Assembly (NCBI GenBank): GCA_036172245.1
Contig: JAYWIR010000029.1
Coordinates: forward strand, 2,232,001 to 2,296,000
Origin: Raillietiella orientalis
Taxonomy: Eukaryota
DNA length: 64,000 nt
Reading direction: 5' to 3'
Part shown: piece after piece, positions 38,401 to 50,209 of the stretch
How the letters are laid out: each line of letters starts with the position of its first letter
How positions within the stretch are numbered: position 1 is the first letter of the stretch
The notes under the pieces: model-generated
Database searches by the model: none
What the model saw: only the letters and a program-made list of their open reading frames with translations
What the model was told of the DNA's origin: nothing
Made by a program: the position numbers and the translations under genes

Positions 38401-40084
38401 CCGGATAAATGAAAATGGAATGTTATGGAGCAGCAGTCTGATTCGCCTCAGACTGAAAAGGATTGCCGTACTATGATTCAGTAGATTCCATCTGAATGCC
38501 CTTGGCTGCATTAACGGCAGCATCGAATTGAAGTGCGAAACTGGTTTCAAGAGCATCTTCCGGCGTCGCATCCAAATTGGCAAAGCAGCTCCATGACAAA
38601 GTTGAGCGTTTGAGCTGGAGGTTTGAGCCAGACTCGACGTTCGATGCTTGAGCTTTTGACCAACTCGCACTCGCAACCACTTTCCAAACTTGGTGACTCC
38701 ACAGAGCAGGATTCACTTGATAGGCGCGAAAGAGATAGTTGCCGTTGGCGTGCCCCCCCCCCCCTCCCCGAGAACGACGCACTCGCTTTTAGATCGCGTC
38801 GATTAGGAATCCCAAATCGAGTCGGCCCGAACCATCCTCTGTAATTTTTAGCTGCCCTGCATTTTCAAAATGGAATGGTTTCTTCTGGAGAGTGCAGAAA
38901 ACACTTCCGAGCCACTGTGGCAAAGCGACCGGATGAACTTGCGAGACTTGGTGCTTGTTTTCAGTTTGCAAAAAAAATAATAAGGAAAATACAAACCGAA
39001 GGTTTCTACTCGAAGTGTCAAACAGTGGCCATTCTGCAGAGGGCTGGTGCGCAACATCCCTCGGGGTGTTGCAGCAACGCCGGGTGTGTTATGACGGCAT
39101 CAGCCCCATCTCCAAACCTGGAAATTCTGTCGGTCAAGTGCCAAAGTTTTGCAAGATTGTTAGCAGGCGATAAGTTGACTGACAGAGAATCAGGAGATTC
39201 CCGAAAAGCTGCGCATTCCATCTCAAATCGCAGCCTCATGTTTCCATATTTGAATCTTGCCACCTGCTGCAAAAGTTCCAGAAGCCAAGTTGCATCTCGA
39301 GGGAACTTTCAATCGGAGTCTTGCATTCTGGGCAGAATGCTGAGACTTTTGCTCTGAAGTTCTGATGACTTCTGATGGCTGCCCGAGAAAATGCTGGCTG
39401 GAGACTCCATGGCTGAAAATGGACTTCTTTCCGCCTGCTTCGATTCTTTTTCTTCCCGATGCTAGATGCGCAGATGGCTGAAGACTCCACCCTTCCGAAT
39501 GGAAACGACTGCAAGGTACCAAGACTCCCAAGATTAGTCCATGAAATTCATCAGCTTTCAAAGAATGGGTTTTGGGAATAAAAAACGAATAAAGCATTAA
39601 ATAAAATGAACAGCAAGCAAAGTTTCAGATTGTGTTGAGATAATATTTTATCTCGATGAGCAAAATGTGACTTGCTTATGATTTGCATGTGATTTATTAT
39701 TTGGCTGCACAATTATACTCACTCAAGTAAGTGGATGTATGCATCTGAAAACACTTGCGTGCATATGTGCTTCCATTCCTGTTCATTCATTCCCTTACAC
39801 ATCGCAAAGAAACAGAAGTTTTCATTATCTCATATTATACAATTCACAATACTCTTTATTATCTCATGTTATCCATGATGTGACATCTCCTTTCTACCGA
39901 AACTTCCAGGATAAAAGACTGATCTTTTTTTTTTTTTTTTACAAAACCGAGGATCATCTCTCACAATCCATAACTTTAGGGAGGAAATTTTGCATGGAAA
40001 GTAGGCTGAAAGCATCCAACACAGCATCCTCATACGTTCAGATGAGACATTACCTGAAATTCCTTGACGGAAACATTCGTCGGA

Positions 40085-40779
40085 TGTTGCTAAGCAGCGA
40101 GTTTGGAGCAGTGGCACCCTCACCCTCAAGTGGCAGGAGTCGGCGGTGCTGATGCTGCATGGGGGAATCCTGTGCAAAGTGCTCCTTCGCCACTGGACAC
40201 GGAGGAGCGTGGACGCTCAGAGTGAAGCAGGTGCGGGAAGAAGGAGACCCTCCCACACCTGCTGTTGCACTGTGCTGCCCTCCGACCCCTCTGGGATCGC
40301 CTCGCGACGATCCTAGGGACCCCGGCGGGTGGCTCTAAAGACATTTGGAAACGCCTCTTCGTGTGTGGTGCCGCACTGCCTCCAGCCGCGTCCCTCGCAG
40401 TCCTCTGCTGCGACCACGGAATCCTGGCAGCCTGGAACGCGGGAAGAAGAGGCCGGAATGGCAGGGTTGCCATCCACCGGGCCCGAATCTTCCTGAGGAC
40501 CGCATCGGGGTGACCCTACCCTGGAGAGACGCGAACGGAACTTGCCGGCCTCCTGAACAAGATGCAGAGGACGCCTTCCCCCTCCCCTGTTTTGCTTGTT
40601 TATGTTTTTGGGTGCTTTTGTCTTCCCTTCCCCCACGCTGCCGAAGCGGACCTCGACGGTCTGCTCACTGCTCCTCGGCATGTTCGTTGCGCGTGGTAGA
40701 ACCAAAGGTTCCACCACATAAATGCACTTTTATTACGTTATGTAATAAATGCCCCGGAAAAATCGGGTGATAATCATCC
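40085..40779 (+). mobile_element. 5'-truncated family B (Tx1/L1-like) copy
   Basis: TLKWQESAVLMLHGGILCKVLLRHW / SRCGKKETLPHLLLHCAALRPLWDRLATILG and the same structured tail as 10355-10443. Confidence 0.8.
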
Positions 40780-41999
40780 TTTTCTAACTACCTCCTTGAA
40801 GCTAGAGGCGTTCCATGCTAGCGAAGAATCATGACACAGAGACTTGGTCTCCTCTCTATGGTGAACCTGACGGCCACTGGAAACAACTGGCCGTGTTCCA
40901 CAAGTCGACATCCTATGTGTTTCTATTGCTCAGGGCTCCTGACGAAGCTGGTCACTGCAACTTGACAATCGTATTCGTTCCAGCGTCCCGAAATTCGTCT
41001 CTTCTGGTGTTTGTTCTCTTCTGAACTCACGAAACGAAAGGTAGAAGATGAGTTCTATGAAGTTGGGTTCGAGATGAAAGATGAAAGCCAAGCTCCGCAG
41101 CGAACAAACTGCGGATGTGATCTTGGATGAAAGATGGCGAAACATGAGCACGGGTAAAAAAAGAAGGCTTCCGTTTTGGTATGTACTGTAAAAGCGAGGT
41201 CGATCCAGATCATGTAAACCTTGCGCCGCTGCTGTAGTAATTAAACTGCATTCTGCTTACTGGCCTACTAATACGGCGACCCCTTTGCAAAACTGGACGA
41301 CGAGGACATGGAGCGCCACTGGCTTTCAATTCATCTGTAGCTGCAACATACCTTGCAAGTAGCACAAGACGTATTTGCTTGAGTGCTGCCACTAAAAAGC
41401 TAGGGATATCACGCAATGCAACTGTTTTCCCAGATTGATTTTGGCATCACAAGGTGGATTACAAGGCATAAATAATTCAGGAGTGAAGCGAACAGAATCT
41501 CCTTGCTTCATTCATCCGATTCCTCCATAGAACAAAAAGTTGGCTCTCTATTCAGCGAGGTGCAGGCAAGGATGAATGAAGAAGGGAGGTTAGGATGAAA
41601 AGAAATCGAATTCCTGTTCGAGTGATCTTTCAGATACCAAATTGGGATCTTTTGAGCCGAATTCCCATCGTGAAAGGAACTCATTTGCCCGCTTCTGGGC
41701 ATCACTGCAAGCCGTGCGAAGTTACAGTTCCGCAAGAATGGGATGAGTTCCGGGGTAGACGCTCCACGTTTATCGCACCTATTGTCATCCCATGCGAGGA
41801 GTAATGGGATCAAAGAAACCCTTCGCAACGAGGGTGGATAATGGAAACAGGAAGCACGTATCCGAGGAAAGCAAGGTGCGCAGATTGTTCCCGTTTTCTT
41901 CATGTCAATCAGAAACACGAGGAGCAGACGAAAGTTCCCGGTACGCGGCCGCGCTTCTTCCTGCGACTTTTTTCCGAAGCCACGGGAATGGCGAAACAA

Positions 42000-42930
42000 A
42001 TGCTACTCGTTACGTCATCGGAACCGATGAATGAGTCCCGGAGGATTCTCTAACTCTCGGGAACGGAAAAAGCTCCAGCCTGGATGTGTCCCTACTTAGC
42101 AAATGCTCCAGAGATGCTCTCATATATGGTCCAACCAATGTGAATGCTCTCTCATCCTTGCTGACCCTTCTGCGGCTGCGCCACGCAGCGATTGTCAGCC
42201 AGATGGCCAACTCATATTGGCTGGCCGGCGCTCGCCGGTCAGGCACGCTGATTTTAAAACGTGGCAAGTGGCTTCTCCGGAAAGAAATTCCTCCTGGGAA
42301 CTCTCCGAGAAGGAGAGAGGGGCGAGGAAATGACTGTACCTTCTCCTCCGCGACGCACTCTGCCCGTGAAGCGAGAGGAACCGATTCCTTCCAGAGTCCA
42401 ATCGGCGGGGGGTGCGAACGCCCATCAGGTGAGAAAGTGCAACACTCCAGAAAGAAAGCGACATCCGCCGCCCGCTCCTGGTTTCCAGAACGCTTGCGGG
42501 GAACGTCCTGCTTTCCGTTTTCCCTTTCGCAGAAGTTCCAAAGTGCTTCCCAACCAACTGAAAGCCCGGGAAAACGAAGATGTGTCCAGAATGGATAATT
42601 TTTGGGAGGCTGCTTCCTTCCTCCCTCAGAGATTCATACCTTCATACGAATAATTCCCGTCCAGACCGCAAGAACTTTCAGAGATGCGTGCCCTCTGATT
42701 CTCGTGACGTTGACACTTTGCCAGAGTCGGTTTACTCGTGGGTCGTGAAGACCCACTTTCTCTGCAATGCCAGCAGACAGAAAACCAAGGAATTCCCTGT
42801 TTTCTTGTTTCTCCGCAGCTTTCGCTCCACCTCCTCCAACTTTTGGCTCCGCTGGTTTCAATTCGACGCCGCGCCGATTCAACCACTCCGCCCTCTATAC
42901 CGGATACGAAATTCGATCATGGATTTGCCA
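42000..42930 (-). mobile_element. Decayed RLE-type LINE 3' fragment
   Basis: WRRWSE....KQGIPWF resembles the post-thumb W...QGxG..F motif; no intact ORF. Confidence 0.3.
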
Positions 42931-43290
42931 CCACTGATCTCGCATTCGCACATAAACACGCGCGCTCGTGGCTAACGTTGCTGATGCTAATTTCTTGGAG
43001 ACGGCCAAGAGGCAGGCTCGGTAAGCTTGGCTTTGGAGGAATCAAGGACGAATCAAGGTGGTAAATCAGCAGACTCGGCTATGGCAGCAAAGCAAACAAA
43101 ATTACCACGGCAAGAAATGTTTTACTTCATTTCATTTGTAAATGAAAACGAAGAGAATGGAAATGAATCGCCTCGCTGCATTGGAACCGAACATTAATGA
43201 GTAAAACAAGAGAACGTTTAATGCAGCTTTCTTGCATCTTGCAGCGTGGTGTAAAACTGCCAACGCATGTTGGGGGATCCGTCGCTTTAG

Positions 43291-43858
43291 CCACCTACAA
43301 TATCCATACCTCGTTCTGCCCTTAATTTGATTGCATACGCTGCCTACACCGATGACGGGAGTAAGTAAAACAACAGGAGGTCTGTTATTTCCTCTAGGAT
43401 TTATAGGATTTATCCTTCGAACCACTCTAGAAACAGGAAGCCGTTTGCACCAAAATGGTGGTTTGTTCCAAACCACCAAGTCAGCCACTGCCACACGCGC
43501 CTATCTCGGCACCGCTGCTGCACCAAGCGTTGACCAAGAGCCGTTGGACGAATGCCCTTCGTGCTGTGTGTTTCAAGCAATAGGAAAATTCACGAAACGG
43601 AACTTGTCCATCACTGTTGCTCTCTGCCATCCGTGGTGCCTGACCGAACCTCAGGTCAATTCCCACCTTATCGACGAGCAGCTTGTTCTCCGAACGCGCA
43701 CGAAGACAAAGGTACCTCCCAGTTTAATGCTCTGGAAAGCAGCGCCAACGCTCAGACTCGAGCGAATTCAGTCACCATGGATGGGGCTACTCCGCTATGG
43801 AGCCAAGCGCCCTCGCTTCCAGGAAATTTCCGAATCGGTGCCCAAACGAACCTTTTGA
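43291..43858 (+). CDS. Possible two exons of an unidentified gene (weak Reeler-domain resemblance)
   Basis: tttag acceptor at 43290, GTAAGT donor at 43361 and ctctag acceptor at 43397 (37-nt intron) join in phase into an open frame ending at 43858. Confidence 0.3.
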
Positions 43859-46800
43859 TATCTCTGAGGTCAGCAGGGAGCAATCCCTTCTGTTTCAAAT
43901 ACGCCAGACACTTGCAGAGAGATTAGAAATTGAATGGCCGGTGCTGGAGAAATCCCGTTCGCTTTTTGCCGTTTCCTTTTAGTTTTTTTTTTTTTTTAGA
44001 CAGGGTGACTTGGAAAGAACCTTTGAGCTGTCTCTTCCAGGCGTCCTATTTATTCCCAATGAAATTGCAGGAAAAAACTTAAACTTTCCAAACTCCACTC
44101 AGCCCCTGGTTCCATGAAACCATGCTGAACCTCTCCAAGGTTTTCAGTGTAGGGATAATAACGGCACTCCCGTGTGATTCCGTTATAAAAAATAACTCTC
44201 CAGCTTCTTCATATAGTAATTTCGGCGGTAATTCTTTGAGTACGTGGATAGAATAATCACTGGCTGACCATCTGCCGCCAACGTGTTCACATTTGTTCAA
44301 AATTCCTATTCTGGTGTTTGTCATCTAGTATAAAAGGTTGAGAATGAATAAAAAATAAAACATAGAATAATTTTGAGTAATTTCTGCACAACAAAGCATC
44401 TGTACAACCGTCCGTCATTTTTCCGGGGAAAAGCCCTTACGGCTAACCTGGATGAATCCTTTTTCGATGTGCCGCTTCAGCAAACGCTTTCTAAATATAA
44501 GGGAAAAACATCTCGGAGTAAGGATAACATACTTCCTTGCAGGCTCTGCCTTGACCAGCTCTTTTTCGATCCATGCTCACTTGCATCCACTGCAACCACT
44601 GCAGCTACTTCCGAAAAGGCAACCAAGTCGTGGACCTCACGCGGAAATCTGCTGGTGTGGAGTGTTCACCCCTACATCATCCGTGCTGCGATGACAGCAA
44701 ACGAGCGGCCATCGAGGACCCGTTCGATTCTGCACTCTCTTTCACATGGTGGAAACGGTGTGCAAGACGGCAGCCGTATAAACACCTGCAGCAATCTTTG
44801 GCAAGAAGGTTTCCCTAAAGAGTGCACTTTCGGAAACAATTGCGATGTGTAATTTCGCCGTAAGGCACCTGGTTCTAAGGATCTGCTTGATTTTAGGTGA
44901 CGCCCCCTGTTCGAAAATAATTACAGCCGGGATGCCTAACTACGAGCTCGCGGTTCCTCCAAGAGAATCTTGGAAATTAGCTACGGATGTCGTGATGCTT
45001 GATGTCGGAAGTTGATACCAACAAAATGTCTTGGTGTGTAGCTCGCAGAGGGAGCTTACCGGATTGCATAAAGCTTTTAGGAATTTCGGCTGCACTTAAG
45101 GCAAAATATTTTACAAGGTCCCGGAGTATTAATCAAGGGAGTTGCAGTAATGACTAATCTGGAGTCCTACGCGCTGCCTTGGCACCCCAACGGGTAAGCG
45201 ACACAAGACGAGGCTTGGAAGTGCAAAAGTGCGAGCAGCGAAGAGTCGGAAAGAAAGGGGGGGGAAATCCTGGCAATGGAGCGGAAAAGACGTGTCCCCT
45301 GGACAAGAGGAATTTTTTTTTCCTTTTTTTCTCGGGGAATGCAAATCGAACTTGGAATTGAAATCAAAGTTCCCAAGACTAAGAGGAGGAGAATTGTACC
45401 CCAAGTCGGAATATTCAGTTTGGGAGCTGACCGCAGCAGTCAAGCTGCGTAAGATCATTTTTCCGATGTCCATGAGGAATAACACTGTCCCCCCAAGCAT
45501 TAATCTGCCTGGAAGGAACCATTCGATCTCAAAATGCGCCGCCATCTAACACGTTCAGCCCCTAATATTAAGCACTCACAACATGCAGCCCACAGGATTC
45601 GCGGAATCCATAGAGTTCAAGTAAAGAGAAAAGGAAACTTGTGAAACAGCTGATCGGTCTTCCAGCAGGAATTCCACCTGTGGAAGAAGAGACCTACGAA
45701 AAACAGATTCCACATTGCTCAAACATTTTCCATTCCAGAAGCATCGACTGGCTACTGAAACTTGCGATTTGCAGTCAGCGCATGCCCTGCTTTTCTTTAA
45801 CTGTAAATTAACTGCCTCCTTAATTCTCCGATACAAGAGTCCTATTTGCATCCATCTTGGTAGCCAACGGACTGATGAGCCCACGAGAAAAAAGGGGTCT
45901 CCTCGAAAGGGCGATAATCGGAAAGCGGTCCGAAATGGAAAAGAGAAACGATCGTGAATCGGCGCCTGAAACTTTCATTTCCACCTATTCATTATTTGAT
46001 TCGTGCAAGGAAACGCATTATGGCGACCTCATTTCTTCGCCCATCTCCATCCAAGATCGAATCAGCCCGAAAACTCTTCTACGACCAAAGAGTGTCCCCC
46101 ACTCGATGATGAGTGAGCCTTTCTAGAATGAAAAGCTTTTCACTCTCACAGAATGAAGGTTCCACTTTGGTCCCCGTTTCCGAGGAAGACATTTTGATCG
46201 GAAAATCTAGGAGAGCAGGGATGCTGACCGTGCAAACTCATCATCACTGTGCTGCATCATCCACCTTAGAAGGTTGAATGTTCTTTGTGTTCTTCAATCT
46301 TTTTGAAGCTTTCCCTCTGCTTTTCTTCTTCAAACTCTTCCGCTGCCAGCGACTCTGGGCGGTAGCTGTTTGAAAACTGAGGAAGCGGTCTTTGAAAACA
46401 GCGCTGAAATATGACTGTTCGCCGATTTCTTACTCGTCAGTGAATGAAGCAGCAGGGGTCATCTAACCCTTTCGGGATGATCGTGGAGCAAACTAAGGAA
46501 AGCAGAGAGATCCAGGAGAAAAAAAAATGAACTGAACCGCGTCTGTAGTCGCGTGGTCACTTGAATTCTGGGCATCCTCATGGATCCCTCGTTTTGGTAT
46601 TTTTTATTTTCGAAATAACCGGAAGTAGTCGTGCAAACAGTAAAGGCAACAAGCATCCTCTCGCAGATTAAGGGAGCAAAACGTAGCCTCTGGATGAGTT
46701 CTCTTTAATGAGGAATAAGAACTGGACACAATGCTGGACACAGAAGAGATCTGATCAAATTCCTCCCTGAATGACGTGAACTCTTCGTGTAAACCAATTG

Positions 46801-48448
46801 CTGTCGCTGTTGCTTGAGAGAGTGCCTCAGCTGTTTCTTGCAGGTTTCTTGGAAAATTCTCGTTGAAATGGAAAGCTTCGATATACCGAGAAAGTGATCT
46901 CTCTTCGTTGATTCAGATCATGCCTACTTGGGCACATCGGCAGAATTTGGGGAGAGCATTTCTGCTGAACTGTCTGGTGAATAGGACGCGGATGCAGAAA
47001 TTGCATCATGCGCAGTAGTCACTTGCTTGGAACCGTCCATTGCTCTCGAAAAAGGTGCTGTTCTGCGATAGGCATGAGCTTCATAGAGGCATTCGCTCAA
47101 GAGATGTGGTGCTTGGCATCAAAGATTTCTTCATCTTCTGCCAAAGCACGCATTCCTCTGCGCACCATGGGACGACCGAGAAAAAAAAAGGTGCGCGGTG
47201 GCCTCAGATTGGGCCTCATTTCTTTTTCCAAGGTGAGGCATTACCTTAGGATTTATGTTGAAGATACCGCAGAATTGGTTGATCCCAAAGCTCGAATTAG
47301 TAACGTTGTGTCCATGACCGGTTCCTCCTTCCTCCAACATTTCCAAAGAACTCAGGTAGAAAGATGCTCTTTATTTTGGACTTTTCGCCTGCATTTTGAA
47401 CGCACAGTTGAGCAAAACACGGCTTTATCTCTGAAGCTAACATCGACGCCAATCTTTTGATTCAGAAATTCCTCCTGACAACTACAGGCAAAGATTTTTG
47501 AAGGCACTGTCTTTCTCCATTCCTTCCATTGATGCAACTTTCTTTCATTCTCCTTCTTTCACGAAGCTGTCCCTCTATGCCATGCCTGCAAGAATGCTCG
47601 AAAAGACAACCTGAGGATGAATGAAAAGGTCTACGTTGGTGTCCAAACAGGACTGTTCTTCGAAATGGCTCCTCTACGCTTCGATGCGAGCTCTTTTCGC
47701 AAATACACGAGTGCCTTGGAATACTTGCCATGTTCTAAGGGCAGCTCAAGTACCCGTGGCGACGGAAAAAGATATGGAAACGAGATTTTTTATTCCCCAT
47801 TAAATTTACAGCTTCCCCTCCCCCCTCTCTCAGGTGACATGTCGCGCGTGAATTTCGATGCACGCGGTGAGGATGTGGAGGGCACCTCATTGTGGGTACC
47901 GCCATAACGGCGATCGCATGCGTTGCAGTGCGCTCACATGGCTTTCATCTGTTCTATGATTCATCTTGTTGATAAACGAGACATCGCGTGCAGATCAGAG
48001 TTCTACATGATCGAGTTGCGGAGTTGATGTTCACAAAACATGCGATCCAATTGCATGCCTTATATGAGTTATAATCCGTGTCTTCTTTGCTCGCTTCTTT
48101 GCTTCTTTGCCGCCTCTTGCTTTTTTTATTTGATACCTACGTACTCATTGTGGAGTGACTGATATGCCGATACCAACCTGTCATTCAATGTGCTCAACCT
48201 TATTCGTGAAATAATCTCGAAACACAGATTACGCAAGCCAAGCTTTTTCCAAAAGGAAAAAAAAAAATGCAACAAGTCTTCAGCTTATGTTTATTACTTA
48301 AAGGAGAAGAGGGAACAAGGGCAGATTTCACTATGATCGAAAGATGAATGACACTGGACGAGGTGTGTCGAAGAAGGAAACGAAAATTTGTTGGCAACAG
48401 AGATCATTGAAAGAAAAACAATTTCCGTGAATGACAACGGCAGATAAA

Positions 48449-50209
48449 CTACGTTATCAAATTCTGTAACTCGGGTTCTAATAAGGCAATGGTCAACATG
48501 ATTCCAATCCCCAGGAGCATTCCGACTATTTGTAGACCAAGTCTTTGAAAAAAAGAACTGCAAAACTTCCGGTCCCTCAACTCTGGAATCTACAACACAA
48601 CTGTTTGAGATCCAGAACGAAATTGGAATTTGCTTTCAGACTTACCATGTCTACCAAAGAGATGTAAAGGAATGTACCTGCCACCAACGCCATGAGCCAG
48701 GGAGAAAAATGCTCGATCCGACCAAGCAACATGCCTAAGGCCATGCCTATAAAACTCAACACGGAAACAAGCATGTTGTAGATGATGGCATGACGAACGG
48801 ACATACCCGTCTTTAGCAACATCGCAAAATCACCTGGATATTCATAAATGAGGAAATCTATAAAAACGTACGAACCGATCTCATGAGGCAACTCGTGACA
48901 AAAGACTGCTATGGACGTGGAAAATCCGCCAGGAATGCTAACTACAAAAGCAGCTCCAATGGCGAGACCGTCACACAAATTGTGCAAGCCATCTCCTGCA
49001 ATCACCATCCAGGCTACTGCAGACACTGTCACAGGAGCGTGCACATGCCCATGATAATGCGTATGCCCTTGATGCGCTAAACATGAGCTCTCCAACTCCG
49101 GTTTCAGGAGTTTATCTTGAGGAAACTCTCTTTCTTCTTCCGCTTCGTTTATATCACCTTGTGCCTTTCGTCTCCCTATGTCTTCTATCGAATCTGTCGA
49201 ACGATACTTCGGTTTTTCAACCCCTGCGCATTCTGAAGACTCCGATACAGATCTCTGAAACTGCTGCGGAGAGTTCTGCTCCAGTTGCTCGCAAGCGCTG
49301 TGCATAATCTCGCTGTTTTGGCATTGTTTGGGAAGCATCCTGTTGTCTGCCCAACGGAGGAATTCTATCACCTTTCGCTAGCAGAGATAATAACTAACTG
49401 GCTGCTATACACTCTGCATCCTGGGATCTGTACAGCACTGCTCCGTTGTGAGAACTTCTGTCCTGACAGCTATCACTTAGAGCCATTATTTTCATCTTGT
49501 ATGTTTTCTGGAAGCAGAACTCCATAAATCAAACACATATGTACGCATTAAGGTACAAAATCGTACCTTCTGTTGTCGTTTCCAGCCCAAGCAGCTGATG
49601 ATTTGCTCTGTGACGAAAAACGCAATGATTCCTAAACTTGCGACTAGACCTTTGAGAATATGGGACTGCTCCTCTTCCCTAGATGATGAGTGTTCCTCCA
49701 GGAAATGTGAATGCTCTCTTACCATGGCCTAAAACAACACTTGCATACCTTACTGGAAGATTGCAACATTGCAGATTTTACATGAGGGATAAGATGCAAC
49801 AAAGCATCACCCAGCAGACTTCCCACAGCCAATGCAATGAGGAAATGCAGCAAATGCTTGTAAATTTTCGTTTTCATCAGAGGAATGGCAGCTGCTCCTA
49901 TAAGGCCACACACTGAGACCAAGACGATGCTCAAGGAAGCATAGATCCATGCTGAAAAGCTCCTGCGTTACCAAACTTATTTGACTCGAGTTCTACGTAC
50001 TGTGGGTTAAAGACGTCACAGGTTTGAAGGAATCGTCGTCCCCATCATCATGTTGGTGAGCATGCAGGCAATGCTGATCCATTTCATACAGAAGCAGGGG
50101 GCAAAGAGCTGCAAACATGGTACTATTTACCCCGGTGGTCTGATTGTATCCTAATTTCTTCCACAGTTTCTGAAAATTTTCCACGTTATTGCTGTGTACT
50201 ACATTAAGG
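48449..50209 (-). CDS. SLC39A10: LIV-1 subfamily ZIP zinc importer (SLC39A6/A10, foi-like), 3' exons with all TM helices
   Basis: GT-AG exons join in frame: 50209-50001 (FAALCPLLLYEMDQHC, LIV-1 CPALL-like motif), 49951-49782 (WIYASLSIVLVSVCGLIG...LIALAVGSLLGDALLHLIPH), 49728-49567, 49507-~49400, ~49350-48876 (His-rich loop, VAWMVIAGDGLHNLCDGLAIGAAF, CHELPHEIG = HEXPHEXGD), 48833-48646 (GTFLYISLVDM), 48589-48449 (LQIVGMLLGIGIMLTIALLE, TAG). The junction near 49400 is uncertain, and A6 versus A10 orthology is not resolved. Confidence 0.95.
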
